DNA from: Dehalococcoidia bacterium
GTDB taxonomy: Bacteria; Chloroflexota; Dehalococcoidia; SHYD01; SHYC01
Assembly (NCBI GenBank): GCA_009693005.1
Contig: SHYC01000003.1
Coordinates: 1 to 34,345 of the forward strand
Length of the DNA: 34,345 nt
Direction of reading: 5' to 3'
Below are positions 18,468-27,172 of this stretch, piece after piece. The notes beneath the pieces are model-generated. The model saw nothing but the letters and a program-made list of their open reading frames with translations. It had not been told where the DNA came from and did not search any database. Each line of letters starts with the position of its first letter. The first letter of the stretch is position 1. A program made the position numbers and the translations under genes.

Positions 18468-19065
18468 CAGGCTGCTCCAGAAATATCTGCCTCACCCTAT
18501 CATAATCTTCCGGAGTATTCAGGTCTTCAAGGGCCAGAGGCGAGTCTACCTCCACGGTAACTATTTCATCCGAATGCCGGGTCACAACTTCGCGAATGCC
18601 CAGGTTTTCCTCGGTTACTTTCGACATCTCGTCTATCAACAGGCCGGAAAAGACAGTGGGATGCCCTCTTCGGCCGTGAAAGGTAGGAATTGTTATCAGA
18701 GCATTGGCAGACCTGTGGGTCTCCAGTATCGCTTTCACGAGGGAGCTTGGCCTTGGTTGGTCTACAGACAGAAGGATCACGGCCTCTGTTCCATCCTTAA
18801 GGACCTCAGCCCCAGCCCTTACGGAGCTGGCTCTTCCCTCTTTGTATCTGCCGTTGATAACCACCACCACGTCCAGATCGACTAAAGAGTCCTGCACCTG
18901 CTCAGCCAGGTGGCCCAAGACAGCTACAATATAATTTGCGCCGGCATCTCTTAGCTGGCGCACCTGGTACTGTACTAGAGTTTCGCCGTTCCAAGGGAGA
19001 AGAGGCTTAGGTGACCCCATCCTCGTGGATTCGCCGGCAGCCAATAAGAGAGCGGCAATGGACAC
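18460..19065 (-). CDS. mocA: Molybdenum cofactor cytidylyltransferase MocA-like nucleotidyltransferase
   Basis: LLAAGESTRMG.PK, DQP, GHP and DLNTPEDY motifs. Adjacent to coxS/coxM-like genes. Confidence 0.8.
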   Translation of the reverse strand: MSIAALLLAAGESTRMGSPKPLLPWNGETLVQYQVRQLRDAGANYIVAVLGHLAEQVQDSLVDLDVVVVINGRYKEGRASSVRAGAEVLKDGTEAVILLSVDQPRPSSLVKAILETHRSANALITIPTFHGRRGHPTVFSGLLIDEMSKVTEENLGIREVVTRHSDEIVTVEVDSPLALEDLNTPEDYDRVRQIFLEQPGA

Positions 19066-19127
19066 GTTCTGGAAAACTCCTTTTGGCGTGCAGCATTCAG
19101 ACCCTGAAACTACATACTCTGTTATCC

Positions 19128-19155
19128 GTAGGAGCGCATAGATATGCGCCCCTAC
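19128..19155. repeat. GTAG-type REP-like palindrome
   Basis: GTAGGAGCGCATA-GA-TATGCGCCCCTAC. The single mismatch becomes G-U on the minus (transcribed) strand. Confidence 0.6.
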
Positions 19156-19209
19156 ATTTCCGGCAATCTCGGCCCTCTAGCATATGGACGCGCGATCTTT
19201 TATGGGTGG

Positions 19210-19677
19210 TTACATCCGGGAAGAAGCTGCCTGAATAGCCTCTACGATCTTGGTGTATCCGGTACAGCGGCACAGGTTGCCCGCTATGCCGTATCTGATC
19301 TCTGCCTCCGTGGGATGGGGATTTCTGTCAAGAAGGGCCACTGACGAGACGATCATACCGGGTATACAGAAGCCGCACTGGAGAGCTCCGAACTCAACAA
19401 ATGCCGCTTGCACCGGATGCAATACGCCGTTCTTTGCTATACCTTCTACTGTCGTGATATCTCTGTTCTCAGCCTCACCTACCAGCACCAGGCAGGTGGT
19501 AACGGGAGCGCCATCCAGCAGCATTGTACAAGCTCCACAGTCTCCGGTGCCGCAACCCTCTTTAGAGCCGGTAAGACCCAGGTCTTCTCTAACCACATCC
19601 AGTAAGGGCCGGTTGGGCTCGGTATATACCTCGTACTCGCTGCCGTTTACCTTTAGCTTAAAACTCTGCTTTGCCAT
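19210..19677 (-). CDS. Xanthine dehydrogenase/CO dehydrogenase family small [2Fe-2S] subunit (CoxS-like)
   Basis: GCGTGDCGACT, QCGFC and NLCRCTGY motifs. Confidence 0.95.
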   Translation of the reverse strand: MAKQSFKLKVNGSEYEVYTEPNRPLLDVVREDLGLTGSKEGCGTGDCGACTMLLDGAPVTTCLVLVGEAENRDITTVEGIAKNGVLHPVQAAFVEFGALQCGFCIPGMIVSSVALLDRNPHPTEAEIRYGIAGNLCRCTGYTKIVEAIQAASSRM

Positions 19678-19706
19678 CTTATGTCCACCTCAAGAATATT
19701 TCATAA

Positions 19707-20588
19707 CTACCTGGTAGTTCTGACTCCGATTGCATCCACGGCCTGCCTCAGACATCTAATAGCCAGGACTTTCACAAGCACGTGGCGAAACTCTGCAGAG
19801 CCGCGCATGTCTGTAATCGGACGGGCCTCGCCAGAGGCGATCTGCCCCGCTTGCTCATATACCGCTTCGGAGGGTTGTTTGCCAACCAGGTACTCCTCGG
19901 TCTTTGTAGCTCTCAGAGGCACCGGCGCTACAGAGGCGAGACATACCCGAGCGTGGCTTATCGTGTTATTGCTGTCTAACCCCAAGTACACGCCAACCCC
20001 TGCAATGGCTATATCCAGCTCCTTGCGTGGGCAGTGTCTAATGTATACACCGGCGCTGTTTTGCGTAGGGGTTGGGACCCTAACTTCGGTAAGTATCTCA
20101 TCCGGCTTTAGCGCCGTCCTGCCAGGTCCCTCAAACACCTGCCACATTGGCATGGTCCTGGAACCACCTGGACCAACGATACCAACTTCAGAATCCATTA
20201 CTATGAAAGCCGGTACGGCATCTGCGGAAGGGGCCGCATTACAGACGTTTCCACCTACAGTAGCCAGGTTCATGGTCTGTAAAGAGCCTATTAGCTCGGC
20301 ACCCTGGGCCAGAACATTGAAGCGCTCATTAATTAGAGGGTGTTCTGCAACTTGCGCCATGAGGGTACCTGCCCCAATCTTTAGCCCGTCTCCATTATCG
20401 AAAGATATGCCCCGCAGCTCTTTGACAAGAGAAAGGCTTACTATATATTTTGGGTGACGTCCCCTCTCTTTCATCTGCGGTATCAGATCCGTACCGCCTG
20501 CTAAGATTTTCCCACCTTCCCCTTTTTCTCGGAGTAGAGCCACAGCCTCCGCCACACTGGTAGGCCTGTAGTATTCAAACCTGTACAT
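19707..20588 (-). CDS. Xanthine dehydrogenase/CO dehydrogenase family FAD-binding medium subunit (CoxM-like)
   Basis: AGGTDL, ATVGGN and DMRGSAEFR motifs. AAGGAGG RBS. Confidence 0.93.
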   Translation of the reverse strand: MYRFEYYRPTSVAEAVALLREKGEGGKILAGGTDLIPQMKERGRHPKYIVSLSLVKELRGISFDNGDGLKIGAGTLMAQVAEHPLINERFNVLAQGAELIGSLQTMNLATVGGNVCNAAPSADAVPAFIVMDSEVGIVGPGGSRTMPMWQVFEGPGRTALKPDEILTEVRVPTPTQNSAGVYIRHCPRKELDIAIAGVGVYLGLDSNNTISHARVCLASVAPVPLRATKTEEYLVGKQPSEAVYEQAGQIASGEARPITDMRGSAEFRHVLVKVLAIRCLRQAVDAIGVRTTR

Positions 20589-20966
20589 CCTTCCTCCTTG
20601 CTAATCTTTTATTACGCCGTTCGGCACACTCAGGATATGCTTGCGATAGAAGATGGCTCTCATCGCGATTTTAGTAGAATCATTTTAGCCGGAATATGCA
20701 AACCCCAAATACTTGAGTAGCATCCGAAAGTCTAAAATATTCTACATCATAGTTTACCTACATACAACACGAAATATGCCTCCGATGAGACAGGTACTCC
20801 CGCTACCGTTCACCCTCCCAATTGGGATCCTGAACAATTATGCTATACTTGTTATACCGAGCCCTGTTAATAAGACTGTCTTGGCCCTCAAATTTCACTC
20901 GTCGGAAAATGCACGAACCAGCGCGTGTTAATCCACCCGACAAGCCCAGGAGACTCCTGCCCAAAT

Positions 20967-22724
20967 ATGAGAAAACCGGCTGTATGGAAGATAAACTCGC
21001 CTATTTCCCATGGTGATTATCGCGCTCTTAGAGACTACCCTCTGCTTCTGTCTCAGCTTCTATATAATCGAAACATTAGAACCGCCACCGCAGCCGAAGA
21101 TTTTATTCTGCCGGAGCATGCCTCTTTTGAAGACCCGCTTCTGATGCCCGATATGCCCCAGGCTATTGCGCGCATAAAGAAAGCCATAGCAGACCGTGAG
21201 AAGATAGCCATATACGGAGACTACGACGCCGATGGCATCACGGCGACCGCGATACTGGTATCGACCATCACTGCCTTTGGCGGCAAAGTTGAGCCGTATA
21301 TACCACACCGTGACTCCGAAGGTTACGGAGTCAATAAAGATGCGATGACGGTCCTCAGAAATAATGGTGTGGGCCTGGTGATAACCGTGGACTGCGGCAC
21401 GACCGCTTTTCAAGAGATCAGCTACGCCCGCGATATTGGCCTCGACGTGATCGTCACCGACCATCACGCCCTGACTGGTGAACTGCCGCCGGCGTCTGCG
21501 ATCATAAACCTGCGTCGGGAAGACCATAGCTATCCCTTCACGGACCTCTGCGGAGCCGGGGTAGCCTTCAAGCTGGCGCAGGGACTCATAGAGGCGGCCG
21601 GCAAGGGTCCGCCTATTACCGAGGATGATTTAATCGATCTGGCAGCCATTGGGACCGTTGCAGACATGGTACCCCTGTTGGGAGAAAACCGCCGCATCGT
21701 AAAACGCGGACTTGAGCGCATGAACGATAGACCGAGGCTGGGGCTGCGGGCGCTGCTCGATGAGGCCAATATCAGTCCGGGTAGTCTCGATGCCGGCAGT
21801 ATCGGCTTTGTTATTGCGCCCAGGCTGAATGCGATGGGCAGGCTGGACCATGCCATACATAGTTTTAAGCTTTTGACCACAGCGTCCATGGCAGAGGCGC
21901 AGCACCTGGCTCACATGCTCCAGGAGTTTAACCAGGAAAGACAGAATATTACCAGACAGGTGCTGGAAAGGGCCTCGGCTCAGGCCAAAGCCAACTATGA
22001 TGAGTCAGCGCCAATAATTATAGCGGCAGGAGAGGACTTTAACGCCGGGGTGGTGGGACTCGTGGCTACGAGGCTGGTGGAGGAATGGTATCGTCCCGCA
22101 ATCGTTTTGGAGCAAGGTGAAGAAGAGAGCCGGGGTAGCTGCCGCAGCATACCGGAAGTCAATATTGTGGGGGTTCTCAAACAGTGCGAAGACCTTTTTG
22201 AACGATTCGGCGGACATGCTCAGGCCGCCGGCTTTACTATTAAGACCAACAGGCTTCCGGAATTGAGCAGACGCCTTACGGATATCCTCTCCGCGCAGTT
22301 GGAGAACATTCGGCTTGAGCCTTCTCTTAGGATAGATGCGCCGTTGCCGTTGACAGCCATACCCGGAGACGTATTTCAGCAGATCGAGCGATTGAACCCC
22401 GTCGGCCAGGGAAACCCTCAGCCGCTTTTCATGGCGAGCAGGCTGTCTCTCGCAGAACTACGGACTTTCGGCAAAAATTCCAGCCACCTCAATCTGAAGC
22501 TGCTGGACAATGGATCGGTCTGGTCGGCCGTTGCGTTTGGAATGGGAGATAGAGCGGCAGAACTTAAAGGTCTAATGTCTGCCCGCACCCCGATAGACAT
22601 TGCCTATCGCCTGGAGATCGACGCCTGGACGGGCAGCGGCAAATTGCCTGCTGCAGAAGGCGCTCAACCTTTGCTGCGCTTGAATGTCAGAGACCTACGC
22701 CCCTTTTCGTTCAATAGAGCGTAA
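20967..22724 (+). CDS. recJ: Single-stranded-DNA exonuclease RecJ (start uncertain; ORF open from 20925)
   Basis: GDYDADG, ITVDCG, TDHH, PRLNA and FGGHAQAAG motifs. Confidence 0.96.
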   Translation: MRKPAVWKINSPISHGDYRALRDYPLLLSQLLYNRNIRTATAAEDFILPEHASFEDPLLMPDMPQAIARIKKAIADREKIAIYGDYDADGITATAILVSTITAFGGKVEPYIPHRDSEGYGVNKDAMTVLRNNGVGLVITVDCGTTAFQEISYARDIGLDVIVTDHHALTGELPPASAIINLRREDHSYPFTDLCGAGVAFKLAQGLIEAAGKGPPITEDDLIDLAAIGTVADMVPLLGENRRIVKRGLERMNDRPRLGLRALLDEANISPGSLDAGSIGFVIAPRLNAMGRLDHAIHSFKLLTTASMAEAQHLAHMLQEFNQERQNITRQVLERASAQAKANYDESAPIIIAAGEDFNAGVVGLVATRLVEEWYRPAIVLEQGEEESRGSCRSIPEVNIVGVLKQCEDLFERFGGHAQAAGFTIKTNRLPELSRRLTDILSAQLENIRLEPSLRIDAPLPLTAIPGDVFQQIERLNPVGQGNPQPLFMASRLSLAELRTFGKNSSHLNLKLLDNGSVWSAVAFGMGDRAAELKGLMSARTPIDIAYRLEIDAWTGSGKLPAAEGAQPLLRLNVRDLRPFSFNRA

Positions 22725-22794
22725 AATACCGGCCGCGTACCTGGGACGCTATTCTGAAAACAGATGACCCGGCATTAGGATAACAGTCACTAAG

Positions 22795-23001
22795 GTAACT
22801 GTTCACTGTTGAGGGCAAATCCGGGCAAAGGGCGTCGTGGCCGCGGGAAGTGCAGAAGGGCGGCAGCCCGTTTGCCAGGGTGTCTGAGCGGTGTCCCCTC
22901 GGAAAACTAACCTCCTCCCCCTTTCCAGGCCAGGAAGAAGGGGAAAGGGGGCGATGGTAGCGGGGCAGGGCGAGGTCGCCTCCGCGAGTCTGAACAGTCA
23001 C
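22795..23001. mobile_element. MITE-like non-coding element
   Basis: Terminal inverted repeats GTAACTGTTCA / TGAACAGTCAC (10 of 11 match). GC-rich interior with hairpins (GCAGAAGGGC-GGCA-GCCCGTTTGC; CCCCTTTCC..GGAAGAAGGGG). No credible ORF. Confidence 0.5.
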
Positions 23002-23016
23002 GAATCATGATAACTA

Positions 23017-23045
23017 TTGACACTGGTAAATACTGTTGATATATT
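23017..23045 (+). promoter_or_regulatory. Sigma70-type promoter for the first SBP genes
   Basis: TTGACA-17 bp-TATATT with extended TG. Confidence 0.7.
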
Positions 23046-23277
23046 GTCGTAATATCTAAAAAATGGGTCTACCGCCCTTTTCGGATACAGTACATCCTCC
23101 GGCGCGTCTGTCCCGCTGACTTCAATACCGCGGTCGGGAGATATTTGTGTGACGGCTAGGGGATCGCTCCGTCAGCCGGTGAAAATATCTATTAAATCGA
23201 ATCTCTGGAAGGTAAGTCAAGAAAATAAAAAGGGTACGGTCTGCTTAGGATTGAGACAATTATTAAAAGGAGAGTAA

Positions 23278-25014
23278 ATGTATCAGGGTATCAGGAGAAA
23301 CACGAAAGTTGTCCTCGGGTTGGTCTTGGGAGCGTCGCTGATGCTGGCAGCTTGCGGACCGGCGGCGCAGCAACAGCAGCCTGGCGCTGACACGCCTATT
23401 GAGAAGAAGCTCGAGGGCGGCACACAGGTAAAAACCGCTGAGGTGGCAAAGCAGCGCGGCGGTAAGCTGGTCATGGTTGGGACCGGTCAGTTTGGAAACC
23501 CGAACGACCCGCATCTGCCAGCCACCGCGACCGGCCGCGTATACTCGGTCCCCACTGGCAACGGGTTACTAAAAAGGGATATGTATAACAACTACTCTAT
23601 TGCCGCCGATCTGGCCAAGAGCTGGGACGTATCAGCGGATGGAAAAAACTATACTTTCAAGCTCAACGAGGGAGTAAAGTTTCACAACGTGGCTCCCGTC
23701 AACGGACGCGAATTTACCTCTGAGGATGCTAAATACACGCTTCTGAGGGTAACCGCTAACCCAACATTAATATTGGAGAAGTGGAAGCCGCGCTTCCAAC
23801 GGGCGCTAGAGTTCGGCGAGATCGAAAGTATTGATACTCCAGACAAGTACACCATGATAGTGCACCTAAAGAACGCCTACGCTCCCTTCATGGATGCGGT
23901 AGCAAACCCGGGCACGCTGGTTCTTCCGCGGGAGTTCGTGGAGAAGTTCCCTGAGAAGATCGTAATCGAGGGATCGATCGGCACCGGGCCATATATGCCC
24001 GTGGAGTACAGAAACCAGCAGATAGCCTCCTACAAGAAGAACCCGGACTACTGGAAAAAAGATTCGGCAGGCGGACAACTTCCCTATTTAGATGAACTGG
24101 AGTCTCTTTACTTCGCAGACATTCAAACAGAGATGGCTGCCTTCCGGTCAAGACAGATCGACGTTTCTTCCAGCGGCAGCTTGATCGGCAAGGGTACGGT
24201 GCAAGCGATTCAAAAGGATGACGCAAAGGTACAGGTATTTCGCACTCCTGTCGCCAGCATTACCAATTTCCGCTTCAATACGAAGTTCAAGGCGTTCCAG
24301 GACGTCAGAGTGAGACGCGCCTTTCACCTGGCAATCGACCGACACCAATTCGTTGACCTGGTTACAGAAGGACTGGGAGTGGTTTCAGGGCCTGTTACGT
24401 CACCGGTGTATCAGGATGTGGCGAATACCATGGACTGGCTGCTCCAGCAGCCCGGCTACCGAAAGGACAAGAAAGAGGACCTCGCCGAGGCCAAGCGCCT
24501 CATGAAGGATGCCGGCTATGAGATCGGATTTGAGACAGGCTTCATGTTAAGCTCCAGCACCCAATCCGGCGACTGGGCCGCGCTCCTGGCAGACCAGCTC
24601 AAGCCGCTTAACGTAGCTTTGAAAACAGACATAGTAGATTATGCCGGTCAGTGGCTGCCGCGCGCCACCGCTGGCGAGTTTGAACTCGCCTGGATGTCCC
24701 ACACCGTTGGTACAGACGTGGATAGCGTAATTGCATCGCATCTCTTGGGCGGTGCTCCGAGGAACTACGGAAAGTTCACCAGTTCCAAGCTGGACGATCT
24801 GGTTAAGAAAGAGCAGCTGGCTACTAGCAAGGAGGAACGCAAGAAGTGGGCGCAGGAGGCCGAGAAAGTTATATTTGAAGAGGCTCCAATGCTCTTCCTG
24901 TACACGAACACCAACACAATGCTGGCGCAGCCCTGGGTGCACAACGCCGCCGATGGAAACATCATCGGGTCATCAACCAACATGGTGGAGCAGGTCTGGC
25001 TGGAAAAGAGGTAG
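23278..25014 (+). CDS. ABC transporter substrate-binding lipoprotein, family 5 (DppA/OppA-like), paralog 1
   Basis: Lipobox LAAC, LAKSW..S.DG..YTFKL..GVKFH, IGTGPY, KNPDYW and DVRVRRA motifs. Confidence 0.93.
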   Translation: MYQGIRRNTKVVLGLVLGASLMLAACGPAAQQQQPGADTPIEKKLEGGTQVKTAEVAKQRGGKLVMVGTGQFGNPNDPHLPATATGRVYSVPTGNGLLKRDMYNNYSIAADLAKSWDVSADGKNYTFKLNEGVKFHNVAPVNGREFTSEDAKYTLLRVTANPTLILEKWKPRFQRALEFGEIESIDTPDKYTMIVHLKNAYAPFMDAVANPGTLVLPREFVEKFPEKIVIEGSIGTGPYMPVEYRNQQIASYKKNPDYWKKDSAGGQLPYLDELESLYFADIQTEMAAFRSRQIDVSSSGSLIGKGTVQAIQKDDAKVQVFRTPVASITNFRFNTKFKAFQDVRVRRAFHLAIDRHQFVDLVTEGLGVVSGPVTSPVYQDVANTMDWLLQQPGYRKDKKEDLAEAKRLMKDAGYEIGFETGFMLSSSTQSGDWAALLADQLKPLNVALKTDIVDYAGQWLPRATAGEFELAWMSHTVGTDVDSVIASHLLGGAPRNYGKFTSSKLDDLVKKEQLATSKEERKKWAQEAEKVIFEEAPMLFLYTNTNTMLAQPWVHNAADGNIIGSSTNMVEQVWLEKR

Positions 25015-25123
25015 GCATTGCAACGGCCTGCGGCTTTAGATTTCGTGAAGCGCAGGACTGCAGTTTGATGACTCACAAAGATTTTATATAGTCATACAGA
25101 TGATGTAAGAGGAAACAAAACGT

Positions 25124-26872
25124 ATGGGTTACCAGAATAGTTTAGCAGTTCGGGTTCTACAGATGATGACTGTGGTGATGATCTTGCTTGTCGTCGCTTG
25201 CGGGCCAGCCCAGCAAACGGGTGCCCCAGTAACGGGCGCTGACGTGCCTCTCGAGAAGAAACTTGAGGGCAGCACGCAGGTAAAGGCCGCCGAAGTGGCC
25301 AAGCAGCGCGGCGGGAAACTGGTGATGTCGCAAAGCAGTGCCTTCGGCAACCCCAATGACCCGCACTTGCCGGCCACCGCCACTGGCCGCATCTACTTCC
25401 AGCCAGTAACAAACGGCATACTGAAGCGAGATCTCTACGAAAAGTACGCGATAGCCGGCGATCTGGCCAAGAGCTGGGAGCTGTCGAAAGACGGCCTGAC
25501 TTACACCTTCAAGTTTAATCAAGGCGTCAAGTTCCAGAATGTTCCTCCAGTGAATGGGAGGGAGTTCACCTCCGATGACGCCAAATACTTGCTGATGAGA
25601 ATAACCGCCGACCCGTCGGTTGTTTTGGACAAGTGGAAGCCGCGCTTTCAAAGGGCGATCGATTTCGGCAAAATTGACACCCTCGATACTCCCGACAAGT
25701 ATACTCTGGTTGTCAAGCTGAAGGAGCCTTATTCTCCCTTCCTTGATGCCGTCGCAAACCCTGGTACCGTCGTGATACCCAAAGAGTTTGTGGAAAAGTT
25801 CACCGAGAAGGTCGTGCTGGAAGGAGCGGTAGGGACCGGACCCTTCATTCCGGTGGACTATAAGAACCAGCAGATAGCCTCCTATAAGAAGAACCCCGAC
25901 TACTGGAAGAAAGACTCAGCGGGTGGACAGCTGCCGTACGTCGACGAGCTTAACTTCCTGTACTTCGCAGACCTACAGACCGAACTTGCTGCTCTGAGGT
26001 CGGGCCAGTTGGACGTTAGCCGCAGTGCCGCCGATATAAACAAGGGTATGGTCACCGGACTGCAAAGGGATGTCCCGAACGTTCAGGTATTCCGCACTCC
26101 CGTTGCCAACATTACCAACTTCCGTTTCAATACAAAGGTCAAGGCCTTCCAGGATGTTCGAGTAAGGCGGGCCTTCCACCTGGCTATCGACCGCTACCAG
26201 TTCTCTGACTTGATTACGGAGGGTCTGGGCGTTGTGTCAGGTCCTGTCACCTCACCGGTATTCGCGGATGTGACCAATACAACGGAATGGCTCCAGCAGC
26301 AGCCCGGCTACAGAAAAGACAAGACTAAGGACATGGCTGATGCGAAGCAGCTGATGAAGGACGCGGGCTATGGTGACGGCCTTACGCTTGGCGCTTTGGG
26401 GTATATTTCAGCAGGCGTTTCGAGCGCCGATGTTCTCGCACTGTTGGCTGACCAGCTGAAGCCCCTGAATATCACGCTCAAATCGGAGACGGTAGACTAT
26501 GCCGGACAGTGGTTGCCGCGTGCCACCGCCGGCGAGTTCGAGTTGGCATATATGTCACATACCGTGGGCACAGACGTAGACAGTGTCATTGCGGCGCATC
26601 TGCTTGGCGGGGCACCCAGGAACTACGGAAAGTTCAGCAGTCAAAAGCTGGACGACCTGATCAAAAAAGAACAAGCCGCGATTACCTCGGAGGAGCGCAA
26701 GAAGTGGGCACAGGAGGCAGAGCAGGTGATATTTGATGAGGCCCCAATGCTCTTCTTGTACACTAATGTAAACACCATGTTAGCCAGCCCATGGGTAAGA
26801 AACGCAGCAAGCGGCGCCATAATTGGTTCAGAAGCTAACTTAGTGGAGCAGGCATGGTTGGACAAGCACTAA
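25124..26872 (+). CDS. ABC transporter substrate-binding lipoprotein, family 5, paralog 2
   Basis: Lipobox VVAC. Same motifs as paralog 1. Confidence 0.93.
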   Translation: MGYQNSLAVRVLQMMTVVMILLVVACGPAQQTGAPVTGADVPLEKKLEGSTQVKAAEVAKQRGGKLVMSQSSAFGNPNDPHLPATATGRIYFQPVTNGILKRDLYEKYAIAGDLAKSWELSKDGLTYTFKFNQGVKFQNVPPVNGREFTSDDAKYLLMRITADPSVVLDKWKPRFQRAIDFGKIDTLDTPDKYTLVVKLKEPYSPFLDAVANPGTVVIPKEFVEKFTEKVVLEGAVGTGPFIPVDYKNQQIASYKKNPDYWKKDSAGGQLPYVDELNFLYFADLQTELAALRSGQLDVSRSAADINKGMVTGLQRDVPNVQVFRTPVANITNFRFNTKVKAFQDVRVRRAFHLAIDRYQFSDLITEGLGVVSGPVTSPVFADVTNTTEWLQQQPGYRKDKTKDMADAKQLMKDAGYGDGLTLGALGYISAGVSSADVLALLADQLKPLNITLKSETVDYAGQWLPRATAGEFELAYMSHTVGTDVDSVIAAHLLGGAPRNYGKFSSQKLDDLIKKEQAAITSEERKKWAQEAEQVIFDEAPMLFLYTNVNTMLASPWVRNAASGAIIGSEANLVEQAWLDKH

Positions 26873-26888
26873 AACTACTGCCGAATTA

Positions 26889-26917
26889 TTGACAGTAATC
26901 TTAGCAGTTGATAGAAT
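26889..26917 (+). promoter_or_regulatory. Sigma70-type promoter upstream of paralog 3
   Basis: TTGACA-17 bp-TAGAAT with extended TG. Same tattgaca...gttgata context as the promoter at 23017. Confidence 0.7.
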
Positions 26918-27172
26918 CACTTAATTTCCAATTTAATTGGGCAACCTTATAAAAACTATAGCGTAATATCTCGATTGGGTGCAGGAAGATATCGATCAAA
27001 TCACTGTTATCGCAGGGACTATAACGTCTCATAACGCTGCCTTTTGGGGTTCCAATAGGTCGACAAGAACTCTACAGATTCATATCTGACAGCTGGCGGA
27101 AGCAGGAAGCTGATCTACGTATAACATAATTGCAACTTATATCGAAATCTGTGAAGAATAAACTAATGATGG

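Noticed and set aside
22808-23001. RNase P RNA or c-di-GMP-I riboswitch (GAGGGCAAATCCGGGC...)
   Set aside because: Only superficial similarity. It lacks GAGGAAAGTCC with the 3' ACAGAA-CCGGCTTA of RNase P, and the GACGCAAAG junction of the riboswitch.
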